DNA of 64,000 nucleotides from a virus. Its lineage: Duplodnaviria; Heunggongvirae; Uroviricota; Caudoviricetes. The position numbers and the translations under genes are program-made. The DNA is taken from IMG/VR virus record IMGVR_UViG_3300014205_000195, positions 28,184 to 92,183 of that record. One strand, written 5' to 3'. The number at the start of each line of letters is the position of its first letter. Positions within the stretch are counted from its first letter, which is position 1. Below the pieces are notes generated by a model, which did not search any database, was not told the DNA's origin, and saw only the letters and a list, made by a program, of their open reading frames with translations. Positions 52,773-62,026 of the stretch are shown in pieces.

Positions 52773-53130
52773 TATGTCGCAACTGGACCGGCTGTCCGTC
52801 TAGCAGCTTCTTTCGTTGCGCGCGTATGTCAAGCAGCCTCTTGTCTGGGGCCTGTGGCTCGAACGTATCCGGGTCGACGGTGCTTATCTCAGCCCTGTCG
52901 TTGTACTTGGACCCAAGGCAGGGGCACGACGCGCACACCAGGTCGTCCCATCGGGAGCACTTGCCCGCGCAGCCGCGCTTGAACAGTGGGCACGCGTCGC
53001 AGTCGTCTATACATACGATGGAGTCCACGAAATCGACCGGACGCGTGAGCGTGAACGCCCCCCGCACCCAGTCGGCCGCGTTGGTTCGCTTCCCGTTGTC
53101 CGGCTGCTTGTCCTGCCTCTGCCGCGTCAT
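52738..53130 (-). CDS. Cys-rich zinc-binding protein (130 aa)
   Basis: CIDDCDACPLFKRGCAGKCSRWDDLVCASCPC. Confidence 0.4.
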   Translation of the reverse strand: MTRQRQDKQPDNGKRTNAADWVRGAFTLTRPVDFVDSIVCIDDCDACPLFKRGCAGKCSRWDDLVCASCPCLGSKYNDRAEISTVDPDTFEPQAPDKRLLDIRAQRKKLLDGQPVQLRHNGEGGGITDGQ

Positions 53131-53133
53131 GCG

Positions 53134-53658
53134 TCACCGCATGACGTGCGCCTCGGCCTCCCTTCGGGACTGCTCCCGCGACAGACGAACGAGCTGCTCT
53201 TTGTAGATGTTGGCCTGAGTCTCGAGTAGCTTGACACGGTGTCGGCGCGCCAGAAGCGCCTGGTACATCTTCTTCACGTCCTCATCGTTGGAGAGGGCCA
53301 GCGCCCTGAGGACCTCCTTCACTGTCCTTCCGTCACCCGCACGCCTGGAGGCCTCCTCGTCCATGGCGATCCCCAGCTTCACGCTGAACACCTCCTCCAA
53401 CGCCCCCAACTCAGACTCCTCGCGGCCCAGTAGTTGCAGTGTGTATGTGTAGAATGCCGTCAACTGCAGCGACAGCGTGCCCAACGTATTCGACTTTATC
53501 ACGGATACGTCGGAAGGGTAACTGTACTGTCGCCCGAGACCCTCCGGCTTCTCCATCTGCGGCAGCTGCAGGCCCGTCATCCACCGGTCGGCCGCCTTGA
53601 ACATCTCGCCCAGCGTCCACTTCTGGGCGCCGTCGTCATCAGAACTCGACGAGCTCAT
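53134..53658 (-). CDS. hypothetical protein (174 aa)
   Basis: ORF track. Confidence 0.45.
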   Translation of the reverse strand: MSSSSSDDDGAQKWTLGEMFKAADRWMTGLQLPQMEKPEGLGRQYSYPSDVSVIKSNTLGTLSLQLTAFYTYTLQLLGREESELGALEEVFSVKLGIAMDEEASRRAGDGRTVKEVLRALALSNDEDVKKMYQALLARRHRVKLLETQANIYKEQLVRLSREQSRREAEAHVMR

Positions 53659-54535
53659 CCACGTCCCCCAATTCGTCCTCGGCCACGTAGACCTCGCGGC
53701 CCTCGTTGTCCGCCGTGAACACGGTCTCGTCCCACTTGGTCATCAGCGCCTCGCTGACGGCCTTAGGCCCCACGCCCAGGCCGTCCTGGAGGTTGTAGCA
53801 CGCCTGCTCACGGTAGCACTTCCGGCACGTGATCGACCCGCGCTTGAACGGTGGGTCTATCAGCTGGCCAGCCAGCGTCGCCTCGCGAGCGGCCAGGCTG
53901 TTTGTGAAGGCCATCGTCATCAGCTTCTCGTTCGGCCTGAACCAGCGTATGCAGTAGTCCTGGTCGTTGGTGTTCTCGAACAGGAAGAAGACGTCGTCTG
54001 ACAGCTCTGGGTACAGCCGCCTGAACTCCACGAGGTACTGCGTCAGCTGGAAGACGTATGACGATTCAGCCTTGTACATCACGCTCGCCATGGCCAGGTA
54101 GTCGCGCTCCTGCGCCGGGACGCGCCTGAACCGACCGTCGTTCATCGTCTTTATCTCGCCAAGATGCGTCTTCCCGGTGACGGGGTTCCTGACCATGACG
54201 TCGTACTCGCCGGACCAGTAGCCCGGGATCTTCAGGCGCTCGCCGCCCTTGACGAGGACGCCGGCCTTGTCCAACTCGGCGGTCCACCTGGCGTGCGCCG
54301 CCGTCCCGTTGTCCATGCGCCTGCGGTTCTTCGGCTTTATCTCCGTGTGGTGGCCGAGCATGGACAGCTGTATGTCGCGGATGCACGGGCTGCCTGCCCC
54401 AGACGGGTGGATCTCTGGGTTGGGGGCGGTCCACCGCTCCGGCTCGCCAGACGGCGCGCGGTCTATGGCGGTCCCAAGCCAGTCACCCGTGTCCAGCTGC
54501 TTCAGCCTCCTGGCGAGCAGCCCGCCGTCAGCCAA
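53639..54535 (-). CDS. PD-(D/E)XK-family nuclease-like protein (298 aa)
   Basis: ...GEYDVMV...HLGEIKT... pattern consistent with a D..(D/E)xK nuclease core. Confidence 0.45.
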   Translation of the reverse strand: MADGGLLARRLKQLDTGDWLGTAIDRAPSGEPERWTAPNPEIHPSGAGSPCIRDIQLSMLGHHTEIKPKNRRRMDNGTAAHARWTAELDKAGVLVKGGERLKIPGYWSGEYDVMVRNPVTGKTHLGEIKTMNDGRFRRVPAQERDYLAMASVMYKAESSYVFQLTQYLVEFRRLYPELSDDVFFLFENTNDQDYCIRWFRPNEKLMTMAFTNSLAAREATLAGQLIDPPFKRGSITCRKCYREQACYNLQDGLGVGPKAVSEALMTKWDETVFTADNEGREVYVAEDELGDVDELVEF

Positions 54536-55379
54536 CGTCGGCCGCCAGCTTCTTCACCCAGGCAGCCATCGGCTCGCCGTCCCACGGGGCCAACACGTCC
54601 CCCCAGCGACCGGAGCTGGCCGCATCCACCGAGCATACGGCGCTGAACTGCGATGCCATCATGCGCATGATTGGGCCTTCGTCCCTGGCAAGGTGCGAGG
54701 CAGCGACGTTCGCGAGCGTCTTGCCCTTGACCGGCGTCGGGCGCAGATCGAAGTGCCGCTCGTACACGTGCGCGTTGCCGGCCAGGTGCGAGTACGGGCC
54801 GAGCTCGACACCGAGCGCGTCTGCCACGCACATCTGCACTGCAACGAAGCATGGGACGTCGTTTGTCAGGCCCCACACCAGGTCCCACGACCTCATGTTC
54901 ACCGTCATCTCAAGCCGGCCGTGCCTGACCATGAACTGCCACGACACTGTGCACGGGACCTCGCGCTCGCTGCGCTGCTGCACCTTCAGGAGGTCGTTCT
55001 CGCGGCCCACGTGCACGATCGCGCGCCTCGAGTCTGGGTCGTCCGTCAGCTCCCTGACCACGTCCAGCAGCTGCGAGCTCACGCGCGGCCCGTACGCGCC
55101 GTGAGGCGTCATGAGATCGGCAGCCTGCTGCGATATCCGGGCGAGCACCCCGCCGTCGTACGTGCCACCTATCATCTGGGCGGCCTCCATCCACATGAGG
55201 GCGCGACTGATGCCTGGCCTCGTGACGAGGCACGCCTCTGGCCTCGTGAGCCTGAGCAGGAGCGGCCGCACCTCCATGACCTCCATGCCGCGCGGCCTAG
55301 ACAGCTCGCCGTCGTCCAGCACGTCCAGGAGCAGGTCCGGGTACGTGAACCCCAAGTCGTCGGTCTCGTGCACGAGCAT
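54528..55379 (-). CDS. thymidylate synthase / dNMP hydroxymethylase-family protein (divergent)
   Basis: 283 aa; ThyA-fold signatures including the nucleophile Cys in VPCTVSWQF (ThyA reads PCHxxFQF; here His is replaced by Thr). Confidence 0.65.
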   Translation of the reverse strand: MLVHETDDLGFTYPDLLLDVLDDGELSRPRGMEVMEVRPLLLRLTRPEACLVTRPGISRALMWMEAAQMIGGTYDGGVLARISQQAADLMTPHGAYGPRVSSQLLDVVRELTDDPDSRRAIVHVGRENDLLKVQQRSEREVPCTVSWQFMVRHGRLEMTVNMRSWDLVWGLTNDVPCFVAVQMCVADALGVELGPYSHLAGNAHVYERHFDLRPTPVKGKTLANVAASHLARDEGPIMRMMASQFSAVCSVDAASSGRWGDVLAPWDGEPMAAWVKKLAADVG

Positions 55380-55381
55380 CG

Positions 55382-56320
55382 CTAAACCACCGTGAACCCG
55401 CGCTCCTCGAGCGTCGGGAACTTTGTTATATTGGACGGCACCTCCGGCTCCGTCACGCGCCCGCTGGCGCCGTCGATGAGCCGCCCGTACTCGACGACGT
55501 CCTTGTAGCGCTCAGCCGACCACAGCGTGGCCGACGGGACGCTCCGGTACTCGGTGACACCGGCCGCCTCGCAGGCAGCCTCGCCAGCGTCGCCGAACGC
55601 CACGAACTCGGTCGACATCCAAAAGTCGCTGCCGTCGAACCCGTCCAGCGACTCGACGACGCACACCTGGTTCAGCGGTATGCCGGCCCCGACCATCGCC
55701 CTGAACAGGTACCTGTTGGGCGCGTCGCCGACGAGACAGAGCCTCGGGCTGTAGCCGTTGCCGAACCACGAGCCCAGCGGCATCGGCGACGACTCGAAGA
55801 ACCCGACGATGCCCTCTATCTCGGCGATCGCCGACTCGAGCGCACCTGGCACGGTAAAGTCGTACGAGATCCACGGGAGCGCCGTGATGCTGCCGACGTA
55901 CGCCTCGTACAGCTGCCTGACCTGCGCCTGCATGGCAGGCGCCTCGTACACCGCCGCATCCTCGTCTATCGGGCCTGCGGCTACGTTCGCGTCGCTGGCG
56001 GATGCCGGCGGGTTAGCCCATACGAGCAGCGAGTTGTAGCCCATCAGGGTCCCCTCTATCTGCCAGTGCTCGTACGGCGTCAGGTCATCCATGCCGCGGA
56101 AGATGGTCCCGTACACGAAGCTGCCGATGTGCAGCCTGTCCAGGACGGCATGCCCGTACGGGTGCCGGCGCACAGCGTCTAGGTAGAACGCGAGCGGCTC
56201 GTACGTCGGCGGGCCGGCGTGCTCTATGCCCCAGCCGCGCTCCACGAGCGCGTTCGCCAGCGTCGTCTTCCCCGTGCCGTCTGCGCCCTCTATCAAAACG
56301 AACGGACGTCTGGTCATGCC
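55382..56320 (-). CDS. thymidylate-kinase-like dNMP kinase fused to a C-terminal domain of unknown function
   Basis: P-loop LIEGADGTGKTT (Tmk signature); start trimmed to MTRRPFV (ATG 56320) giving a 4-nt overlap with the upstream deaminase gene. Confidence 0.65.
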   Translation of the reverse strand, partial: GMTRRPFVLIEGADGTGKTTLANALVERGWGIEHAGPPTYEPLAFYLDAVRRHPYGHAVLDRLHIGSFVYGTIFRGMDDLTPYEHWQIEGTLMGYNSLLVWANPPASASDANVAAGPIDEDAAVYEAPAMQAQVRQLYEAYVGSITALPWISYDFTVPGALESAIAEIEGIVGFFESSPMPLGSWFGNGYSPRLCLVGDAPNRYLFRAMVGAGIPLNQVCVVESLDGFDGSDFWMSTEFVAFGDAGEAACEAAGVTEYRSVPSATLWSAERYKDVVEYGRLIDGASGRVTEPEVPSNITKFPTLEERGFTVV

Positions 56321-56757
56321 TGCCCCCTCTTGCCGCCGGTCAGGTCCGGCGCACCACTGTGGTCCTCGTAGTCCTCGAGCCACCGCCACTCGTCTATGCC
56401 GGCGGCCCTCAGCAGCTTCTGGCACTCGTAGCACGGCTTCACGAGCGTGAACAGCACCGCGCCGGCCGTCGGGTGCCCATGGGCCGCCGCCTGGGCGACG
56501 GCGTTGGCCTCTGCGTGGACCGTCCGCTTGCAGTGGCCGTCCACGATGAAGCACCCGACGTCAGTGCAGTGCGGCTCGCCAGGGGGCGAGCCGTTGAAGG
56601 CTGTCGCCACGATGTAGGGCTTGCCGCCGGCCCCTGTGCGCGTCAGAACTGCGCCGACGCGCCTCCGCGGGCACGTGCTCTGCTCCGCCCACACCCTGGC
56701 CGTCTGCCAGATCGACTCGTCCTTGGACGGCCTAGTACCCGGTGTTCTGTCTGTCAA
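56314..56757 (-). CDS. dCMP deaminase (cytidine/deoxycytidylate deaminase family)
   Basis: HAEANAV ... PCYECQKLL zinc-binding motifs (HAE / PCxxC). Confidence 0.8.
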   Translation of the reverse strand: MTDRTPGTRPSKDESIWQTARVWAEQSTCPRRRVGAVLTRTGAGGKPYIVATAFNGSPPGEPHCTDVGCFIVDGHCKRTVHAEANAVAQAAAHGHPTAGAVLFTLVKPCYECQKLLRAAGIDEWRWLEDYEDHSGAPDLTGGKRGQA

Positions 56758-57166
56758 TGTTCACCGCCGCCTTCTCGAAGTAGAGCTCCACCATCCGCCT
56801 CGGGTCCACGCCCGCCCTCAGGTAAAGGTTCAGCAGCAGCACGAGCACGTCCGTGATCTCGAGCCTTGCCTCGGCCCACTCCTCCGCCGTCGGCTCGCGG
56901 CCCCAGTCCCGCTTGTGCATCTTCCACGGCAGGCATCGCAGCACCTCGTGGGCCTCGTCCAGCAACATGAGGATGTTCTCCTTCATGAACACGACGTCTC
57001 CGCTGACGGGCTTGCCGTTCACCGTCTGGTCCCAGTTGCCGCGTAGCCTGTCCTGCAGCTCCGCCTGCGTTGCCATCATCCTGCCGATGATCGCGACGTC
57101 CTCGGCGCTCACTCCATCCATCCCGACACCCACCTCACACGCCTGACCTCGACGTCCTCGCCACAC
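56732..57166 (-). CDS. MazG-like all-alpha nucleoside triphosphate pyrophosphohydrolase
   Basis: 144 aa, helical; EAHEVLRCLPWKMHKRDW...EEWAEARLEITDVLVLL resembles the MazG/dUTPase-like NTP-PPase fold. Confidence 0.5.
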   Translation of the reverse strand: MWRGRRGQACEVGVGMDGVSAEDVAIIGRMMATQAELQDRLRGNWDQTVNGKPVSGDVVFMKENILMLLDEAHEVLRCLPWKMHKRDWGREPTAEEWAEARLEITDVLVLLLNLYLRAGVDPRRMVELYFEKAAVNIDRQNTGY

Positions 57167-57501
57167 TCGTCCACGAACGCCGTTATCCTGTCCTTCAGAT
57201 TACCGAGATTAGATGCGGTCACCTCGTCGTCCCTGACGCGCAGCACTGCCACGCCGGCGACGCTCAGCAGGAGTGCGTCCCTCTCCGTATCCTTCCTGGA
57301 CTTTGCCGTGCTGCCGTGGTGCCAGTCGCGCCCGTCGTACTCGACCGCTGCGTGCACCTCCTCGAGGTAACAGTCGACCGTGTACGGACCGACCTCGTAC
57401 TCATCCTCCACGGCCAGCCCGAGCGACCTCAACAGCGACGACAACCGCTGGTGACCGGCCGTCAGCGACGTCGACTGGCCCGGCCTCCCGCTACGAAGCA
57501 A
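57109..57501 (-). CDS. Vsr/DUF559-like endonuclease-fold protein
   Basis: VDCYLEEVHAAVEYDGRDWH core. Confidence 0.4.
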   Translation of the reverse strand: MLRSGRPGQSTSLTAGHQRLSSLLRSLGLAVEDEYEVGPYTVDCYLEEVHAAVEYDGRDWHHGSTAKSRKDTERDALLLSVAGVAVLRVRDDEVTASNLGNLKDRITAFVDECGEDVEVRRVRWVSGWME

Positions 57502-57961
57502 AGTTGTCCCGGACGTACCTCAGCCACGCCCCGTCGGCCCTCTCCCGGTTCTCCTCGCGCACCTGCATCAACAACATGCCGAGCCTGTTCAGCCCGACGC
57601 CGTCCACCACGCCCCAATACCTGTCTCCCCAGCGGTTGTCCTCCAGGAGGATTGAGTCGCCGGTGTCGTCCAGCATGAGCACCAGGTTGGAGTACACAAA
57701 CTTCTGCCTGAGGAGGTCCAGCATGACGTCGTCCTTGACGTCCTCCCAGTCCGGCCTCAGATCTGCCAGGCGGCCCAGCGCCTTAGCGTCGGCCGCCTTG
57801 TACGAGTTCATCACAGCCACCCTGTAGTCTGGATCGAGCGACTTGGACGCCTGGTACGCGTGCTCCACTGACCTGAACGGGAGCGAGAACGCGACCACCT
57901 CCACCGGCCAGAAGTTGGACAGGAACCGGTGCCGACCCTGGAACCCCATCACGACGTCCAC
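57491..57961 (-). CDS. NADAR (YbiA-like) domain protein
   Basis: FLSNFWP ... EHAYQASK motifs characteristic of the NADAR/DUF1768 family. Confidence 0.7.
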   Translation of the reverse strand: MDVVMGFQGRHRFLSNFWPVEVVAFSLPFRSVEHAYQASKSLDPDYRVAVMNSYKAADAKALGRLADLRPDWEDVKDDVMLDLLRQKFVYSNLVLMLDDTGDSILLEDNRWGDRYWGVVDGVGLNRLGMLLMQVREENRERADGAWLRYVRDNFAS

Positions 57962-57962
57962 G

Positions 57963-59015
57963 TCAGACTTCCAGCTGCTCTATGGCATCGATCGACGCCT
58001 CCAGGATGGACTTCAGCTCGGCGTCTGACCTGACCGCCTCTATGAGGTTCGAGCGTCCGTAGAACTCGCGCTCCACCACCTGGCCGTCGTCGTCGACGCC
58101 GATCTTTATCCAGTACTTGGCGCCCTTCTGACGAATGACCTCCGTCTCGAGCCCCACCTCGACAATGCCGGCCACCTCGTCGATGTCACCGGTGAAGTAG
58201 AACGGGACCTGGGCCTCCTGCCACGGTGCGCCCTGCTTGTTCTTCTGGACGCTGATCTTGAGCATGTACCCGATGCGACGGGTGCCGTCGAGGATCCACT
58301 CGCCCCGCCTGACGCGGACTATCTGCCAGGCCACGAACTCCTGGGCCTTGCCGCCTGGTATCGTCTCTGGCGACCCGTACGACACGCCCGGCTTCTCGCG
58401 GATCTGGTTGATGCAGAGGACGAGCGTGCCCTTGTTCTCGTTCTCTATCATCGTCAGCCCGCGGCCGACCAGCTTGGCCACCGTGCCGACGAACTGCTTC
58501 TCGAACATCTCCTCGATGTCCACGTCTATCTCAGCCGTGGCCCTGAGCGCGGCCAGCGAGTCGATGACCACAACGCCGACCTTGCGCCGCACGAGCGCGA
58601 CCGCTGCGTCGAACGCCTTCTCGCCGCTCGGCGGCCTGATGACGATCACGTCCGCCGCCTTGATGCCGAGCTGCTCGGCCCACTCCGGCGTCCACGTCTT
58701 CTCGACGTCTATGAACGCGACCGACTGCCCCAGGAGCTGGGCGGCCCTCATCGTCAGCATGGCGAGCACGGTTTTGCCGGCCGAGAACTGGCCGATGATC
58801 AGCGTCACCCGGTCGTACGCGAACCCGCCGCTGAGCGCCTTGTCCAGCGTCGCGATGCCGAGCGGTAGCTTCTTGAGCTTAAGCTTCTCGTCGTCCCCGA
58901 ACAGGAGGTCCATGCCGAGCTCTTTGGCGAGCTCCGTCCTGGCCTGGGCGAGCTCGGTCATCGTCATCAGCCCGTCGTCGTCGGCCTGCTCCGTCTTGCG
59001 CCTACTTGCCGCCAC
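57963..59015 (-). CDS. RecA/UvsX-family recombinase
   Basis: Walker A GQFSAGKT; Walker B VVIDS; RecA-like core of 350 aa. Confidence 0.75.
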   Translation of the reverse strand: MAASRRKTEQADDDGLMTMTELAQARTELAKELGMDLLFGDDEKLKLKKLPLGIATLDKALSGGFAYDRVTLIIGQFSAGKTVLAMLTMRAAQLLGQSVAFIDVEKTWTPEWAEQLGIKAADVIVIRPPSGEKAFDAAVALVRRKVGVVVIDSLAALRATAEIDVDIEEMFEKQFVGTVAKLVGRGLTMIENENKGTLVLCINQIREKPGVSYGSPETIPGGKAQEFVAWQIVRVRRGEWILDGTRRIGYMLKISVQKNKQGAPWQEAQVPFYFTGDIDEVAGIVEVGLETEVIRQKGAKYWIKIGVDDDGQVVEREFYGRSNLIEAVRSDAELKSILEASIDAIEQLEV

Positions 59016-59421
59016 CCTTCACCTCCGCCGATATGACGTCGACGCGCTCGCCGAGCTCCTTCAGCCGGCTCACGACGCGCTTCAGGTTCTCCCTGGCGAC
59101 GTTCAGGTTCCTCATCCCAGTCTCGACCGCCTCCAGCCTCTCCCTGAACCCTGGCAGCCCTGTCTCCGGTGCTAGTATGTTGCTGATGACGTTTATCATC
59201 TCGCCGTCCACGAGCCCGAAGGCGCGCGTCGCCGTCTTCAGGGCGACGGACACCTGCTCGTCGACGTCGCCGTACGGGTCGATGTTGTTGATCGTCACCC
59301 TCGGGCGCACGTTGCCGTAGTCGGTGACCGGGAGCGTCATGCCGAGCTCCACGGTCACCGACAGGCGCGGGTCGCTAGCGTCGTCCGCCGCCTGGCGGCG
59401 GGCGTCCGGCTGCCCGCCCAC
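59002..59421 (-). CDS. hypothetical protein (139 aa)
   Basis: ORF track. Confidence 0.4.
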   Translation of the reverse strand: MGGQPDARRQAADDASDPRLSVTVELGMTLPVTDYGNVRPRVTINNIDPYGDVDEQVSVALKTATRAFGLVDGEMINVISNILAPETGLPGFRERLEAVETGMRNLNVARENLKRVVSRLKELGERVDVISAEVKGGGK

Positions 59422-59424
59422 CGG

Positions 59425-60249
59425 CTAGACCTCGAACGGCAGGTCCGTGCCGTCCTCGTCGTTGAAGTAGTCTAGGACTTCCGGCTGCGCGGCCGATGAC
59501 GCGGGCTGGCCCCAACCGCCGGTCTCCACCGGGAGGCCGTTCCCGGAGGCCACCGTCGGCGCCTTGGGCGCGCCGAACTCGGCGATGATGGTCTCCTCGA
59601 GGCTGGGGGCGGTCCGCCTGGCCTGGATGACGGCGTCCGGCACCGTGGGCGTGGCGTCCGGGGTCAGCGTCTCCATCTTGTTGGCGCGCTCCCCCATCGC
59701 CTTGTAGCGCCATCCCCGGTCGAGGATAGTGGTCGGCGGCGGCGTGTCGCTGATGGGGTCGCCCGTGAGGTAGTCCGTCAGCTGACCTGTCAGCTTGTCC
59801 CTCATGATGAGGAGCTGGTAGCCCTTGACCTCCTCCTTGTAGAAGGTCCCGGTCGCGCCGGTCACGGCGATGGGCTGCCAGCTCTTGCCCTCGGGCCTCG
59901 TCGGGTGGACGATGATGTCCACCCAGACGATGGCCACGTAGCGCGGCCACGGGCCGCGCTCGCCGTCCACGCAGTACGCGCACGTCTTGGGGTCGTCGGA
60001 TAGCGTCTTGCGGGCGCAGAGGACATCGGCGTTGTACGCCTCGCCGTTCTTCTTCTTCCGCTCCACCATGTGCACCAGGGGGACGGCGATGTCCTCGTGG
60101 TCCTGGATGAACCAGAACTTTGCCGTGTCACCGTTCTTCAGCCACAGCTTGAACATCCTGTTGCCGCTGCCCCTGCCGCCGATCTGCTCCTGCTGGTCAC
60201 GCAGGAACTTCAGTCCAGTACCAAATCCACCCGACATCCACACATCCAC
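59425..60249 (-). CDS. putative ssDNA-binding protein (gp32-like?) with acidic C-terminal tip DLPFEV
   Basis: Cys/His cluster (H...C...CxxC) and acidic tail; weak. Confidence 0.35.
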   Translation of the reverse strand: MDVWMSGGFGTGLKFLRDQQEQIGGRGSGNRMFKLWLKNGDTAKFWFIQDHEDIAVPLVHMVERKKKNGEAYNADVLCARKTLSDDPKTCAYCVDGERGPWPRYVAIVWVDIIVHPTRPEGKSWQPIAVTGATGTFYKEEVKGYQLLIMRDKLTGQLTDYLTGDPISDTPPPTTILDRGWRYKAMGERANKMETLTPDATPTVPDAVIQARRTAPSLEETIIAEFGAPKAPTVASGNGLPVETGGWGQPASSAAQPEVLDYFNDEDGTDLPFEV

Positions 60250-60288
60250 CGATAAGTGATCACCACTCCCTGGCGATCACCGACCAGG

Positions 60289-60900
60289 TCACTGTAGTGT
60301 CTCTTGGAATATACCGGAACCGGCGACGTGCTCGCGGATCAGCCGCTGCAGCTTCACGGGCAGCTGGGTGGGCTTGACCTTGCCGTTCTGGCTGACGACC
60401 GGGATGTCGAGGACGACGCGGTACAGGGCGGCGCGGGCCTCGGCGCGGTGGGCCGCCGGGAGGCGGTCCACGATGCGGTCGACCAGGTCCGTCGCCTCGC
60501 CGTCGTACTCGTCGCTCGCCGTCGGCTGCCAGAAGTCGCCGGCCTCCGCGAGCTTGTCGACTGAGCCGATCTGGTTGCCGTAGACGGACTTCCACCGCCC
60601 GCCGCCGCACGAGGCGCACTTCTTGTCGCCCGGTGCCCGATGGAGCCGGCCCGGCGCGCCGCAGCCCTCGCACTCGAGGGAGACGACAACGTGCCTCTGG
60701 CGACGACCGTAGTAGTCGAGGTTGCCGAGGCAGTTTGAGATGGCGTGGATCACATAGTTGATGAAGCTGGAGGGCTTGCCGTTGTGGCCGACCTTCGTCG
60801 GATCGTAGTTCTGCTGGCACCGCCAGATGCGCAGCAGCAGCTCCTGCATCTTGTCGTCGTGCTCGAAGCCTGGAACGTGCGAGCGGAAGACGCTACGGGT
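60289..60900 (-). CDS. sigma-factor-like transcription regulator with embedded Cys4 zinc ribbon
   Basis: ELLLRIWRCQQNYDP...SFINYVIHAISN resembles sigma region 2; CEGC...CASC; the ORF-track N-terminus overlaps the primase gene, so the start is trimmed. Confidence 0.45.
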   Translation of the reverse strand, partial: TRSVFRSHVPGFEHDDKMQELLLRIWRCQQNYDPTKVGHNGKPSSFINYVIHAISNCLGNLDYYGRRQRHVVVSLECEGCGAPGRLHRAPGDKKCASCGGGRWKSVYGNQIGSVDKLAEAGDFWQPTASDEYDGEATDLVDRIVDRLPAAHRAEARAALYRVVLDIPVVSQNGKVKPTQLPVKLQRLIREHVAGSGIFQETLQ

Positions 60901-62026
60901 GAGGAGCGGCTTCAGCAGGCCGAACAGCTCCTCCGGGGCGATCGACTTCAGCTCCTCCACGGTCATGCCGGTCACTGTCGTCCGGGCCGGCGCCTGATCC
61001 TCTACTATTGGGTCGGTCATCGTGCTCTCCGTTCTCTGTGGTGGTATGCCCAGTTCTGCCGTGCAAGGTTGGCACGGTCGAAGACAGGTCATTATACCAC
61101 AGAACAGCTACGGAAGCGAGCACGTTTTCGACCTCATCGCCATCGCATTCCTGGATGTCCTTCCGTCCAGGCGGGAGGCTAATCCCCATGACGTTCAGCC
61201 TGGACAGTATCCCCCTCGCCTCGTCCGTGATGAGCCTGCCGGCAGTGTCCTGATCGAACCCGAGCACGACTGTCCAGAACCGCCTCTTTATTATGTCGGC
61301 CTGCTCGGCTGACATGGACGCGCCGAGCAGCGCGACCGCTGGGTAGCCGAACTGCTCCAGCCACATGCAGTCCAACGGGCCCTCTGTGACGATCACCGTC
61401 CGGCTGTTCGGGTCCACCTTGTCCAGACCGAACAGGTGCCCGGACTTGCCGAGGCCGCGACTGTTCATGTACTTGGGTCCCGGGCCCAGGTTGCGCCTGA
61501 CGAGGCCGATGAGCTTGCCGTCTGCCTTGAACGGGATGACCGCGCACCTCATCTGCGGGTCGTAGCCGACCTCCCACCGGCGCAGCGTCTCCATCGAGAA
61601 CCCGCGGTCCACCATGTACTTGGGGACGCGGCTGCGCTCGTAGAACAGCGGCTCCGGCGGGCGCTCCCTGACCGGCCTGTCACGCCGGCGCTTCAGCATG
61701 TCCACTATGGTACGGCTATCCGCGGGTATCTTCAGCCGCAGCCGCCTGCGGGCCGATTGGTCGGACTCGCCGGTGACCTTCGCCACCAGGAACGCGAGGT
61801 CCGGGCTGGACCCGCAGCCGGCGCGGCAGCGCCACGCGCCGTCGTTCACGTGGACGGTGAACGACGGGCTCTGCTCGTCGTGGAGCGGGCAGCACGCGTT
61901 GTGCCATCCCTCGCTGTCGCCGTCCGTCAGATCTATCCCGAGCTCGTCCAGCGTCGCGAGCACCACCTCGCGCCCGTAGCTCGGGTACTCGTCTGGGTTA
62001 CGCCTGCGCTGTCGTCTCCGGATCAA
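60893..62026 (-). CDS. dnaG: DnaG-type DNA primase (CHC2 zinc finger + TOPRIM)
   Basis: CCPLHDEQSPSFTV...CRAGCG zinc-binding domain; TOPRIM VIVTEGPLDCMW ... GFDQDTAG. Confidence 0.8.
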   Translation of the reverse strand: MIRRRQRRRNPDEYPSYGREVVLATLDELGIDLTDGDSEGWHNACCPLHDEQSPSFTVHVNDGAWRCRAGCGSSPDLAFLVAKVTGESDQSARRRLRLKIPADSRTIVDMLKRRRDRPVRERPPEPLFYERSRVPKYMVDRGFSMETLRRWEVGYDPQMRCAVIPFKADGKLIGLVRRNLGPGPKYMNSRGLGKSGHLFGLDKVDPNSRTVIVTEGPLDCMWLEQFGYPAVALLGASMSAEQADIIKRRFWTVVLGFDQDTAGRLITDEARGILSRLNVMGISLPPGRKDIQECDGDEVENVLASVAVLWYNDLSSTVPTLHGRTGHTTTENGEHDDRPNSRGSGAGPDDSDRHDRGGAEVDRPGGAVRPAEAAPHP

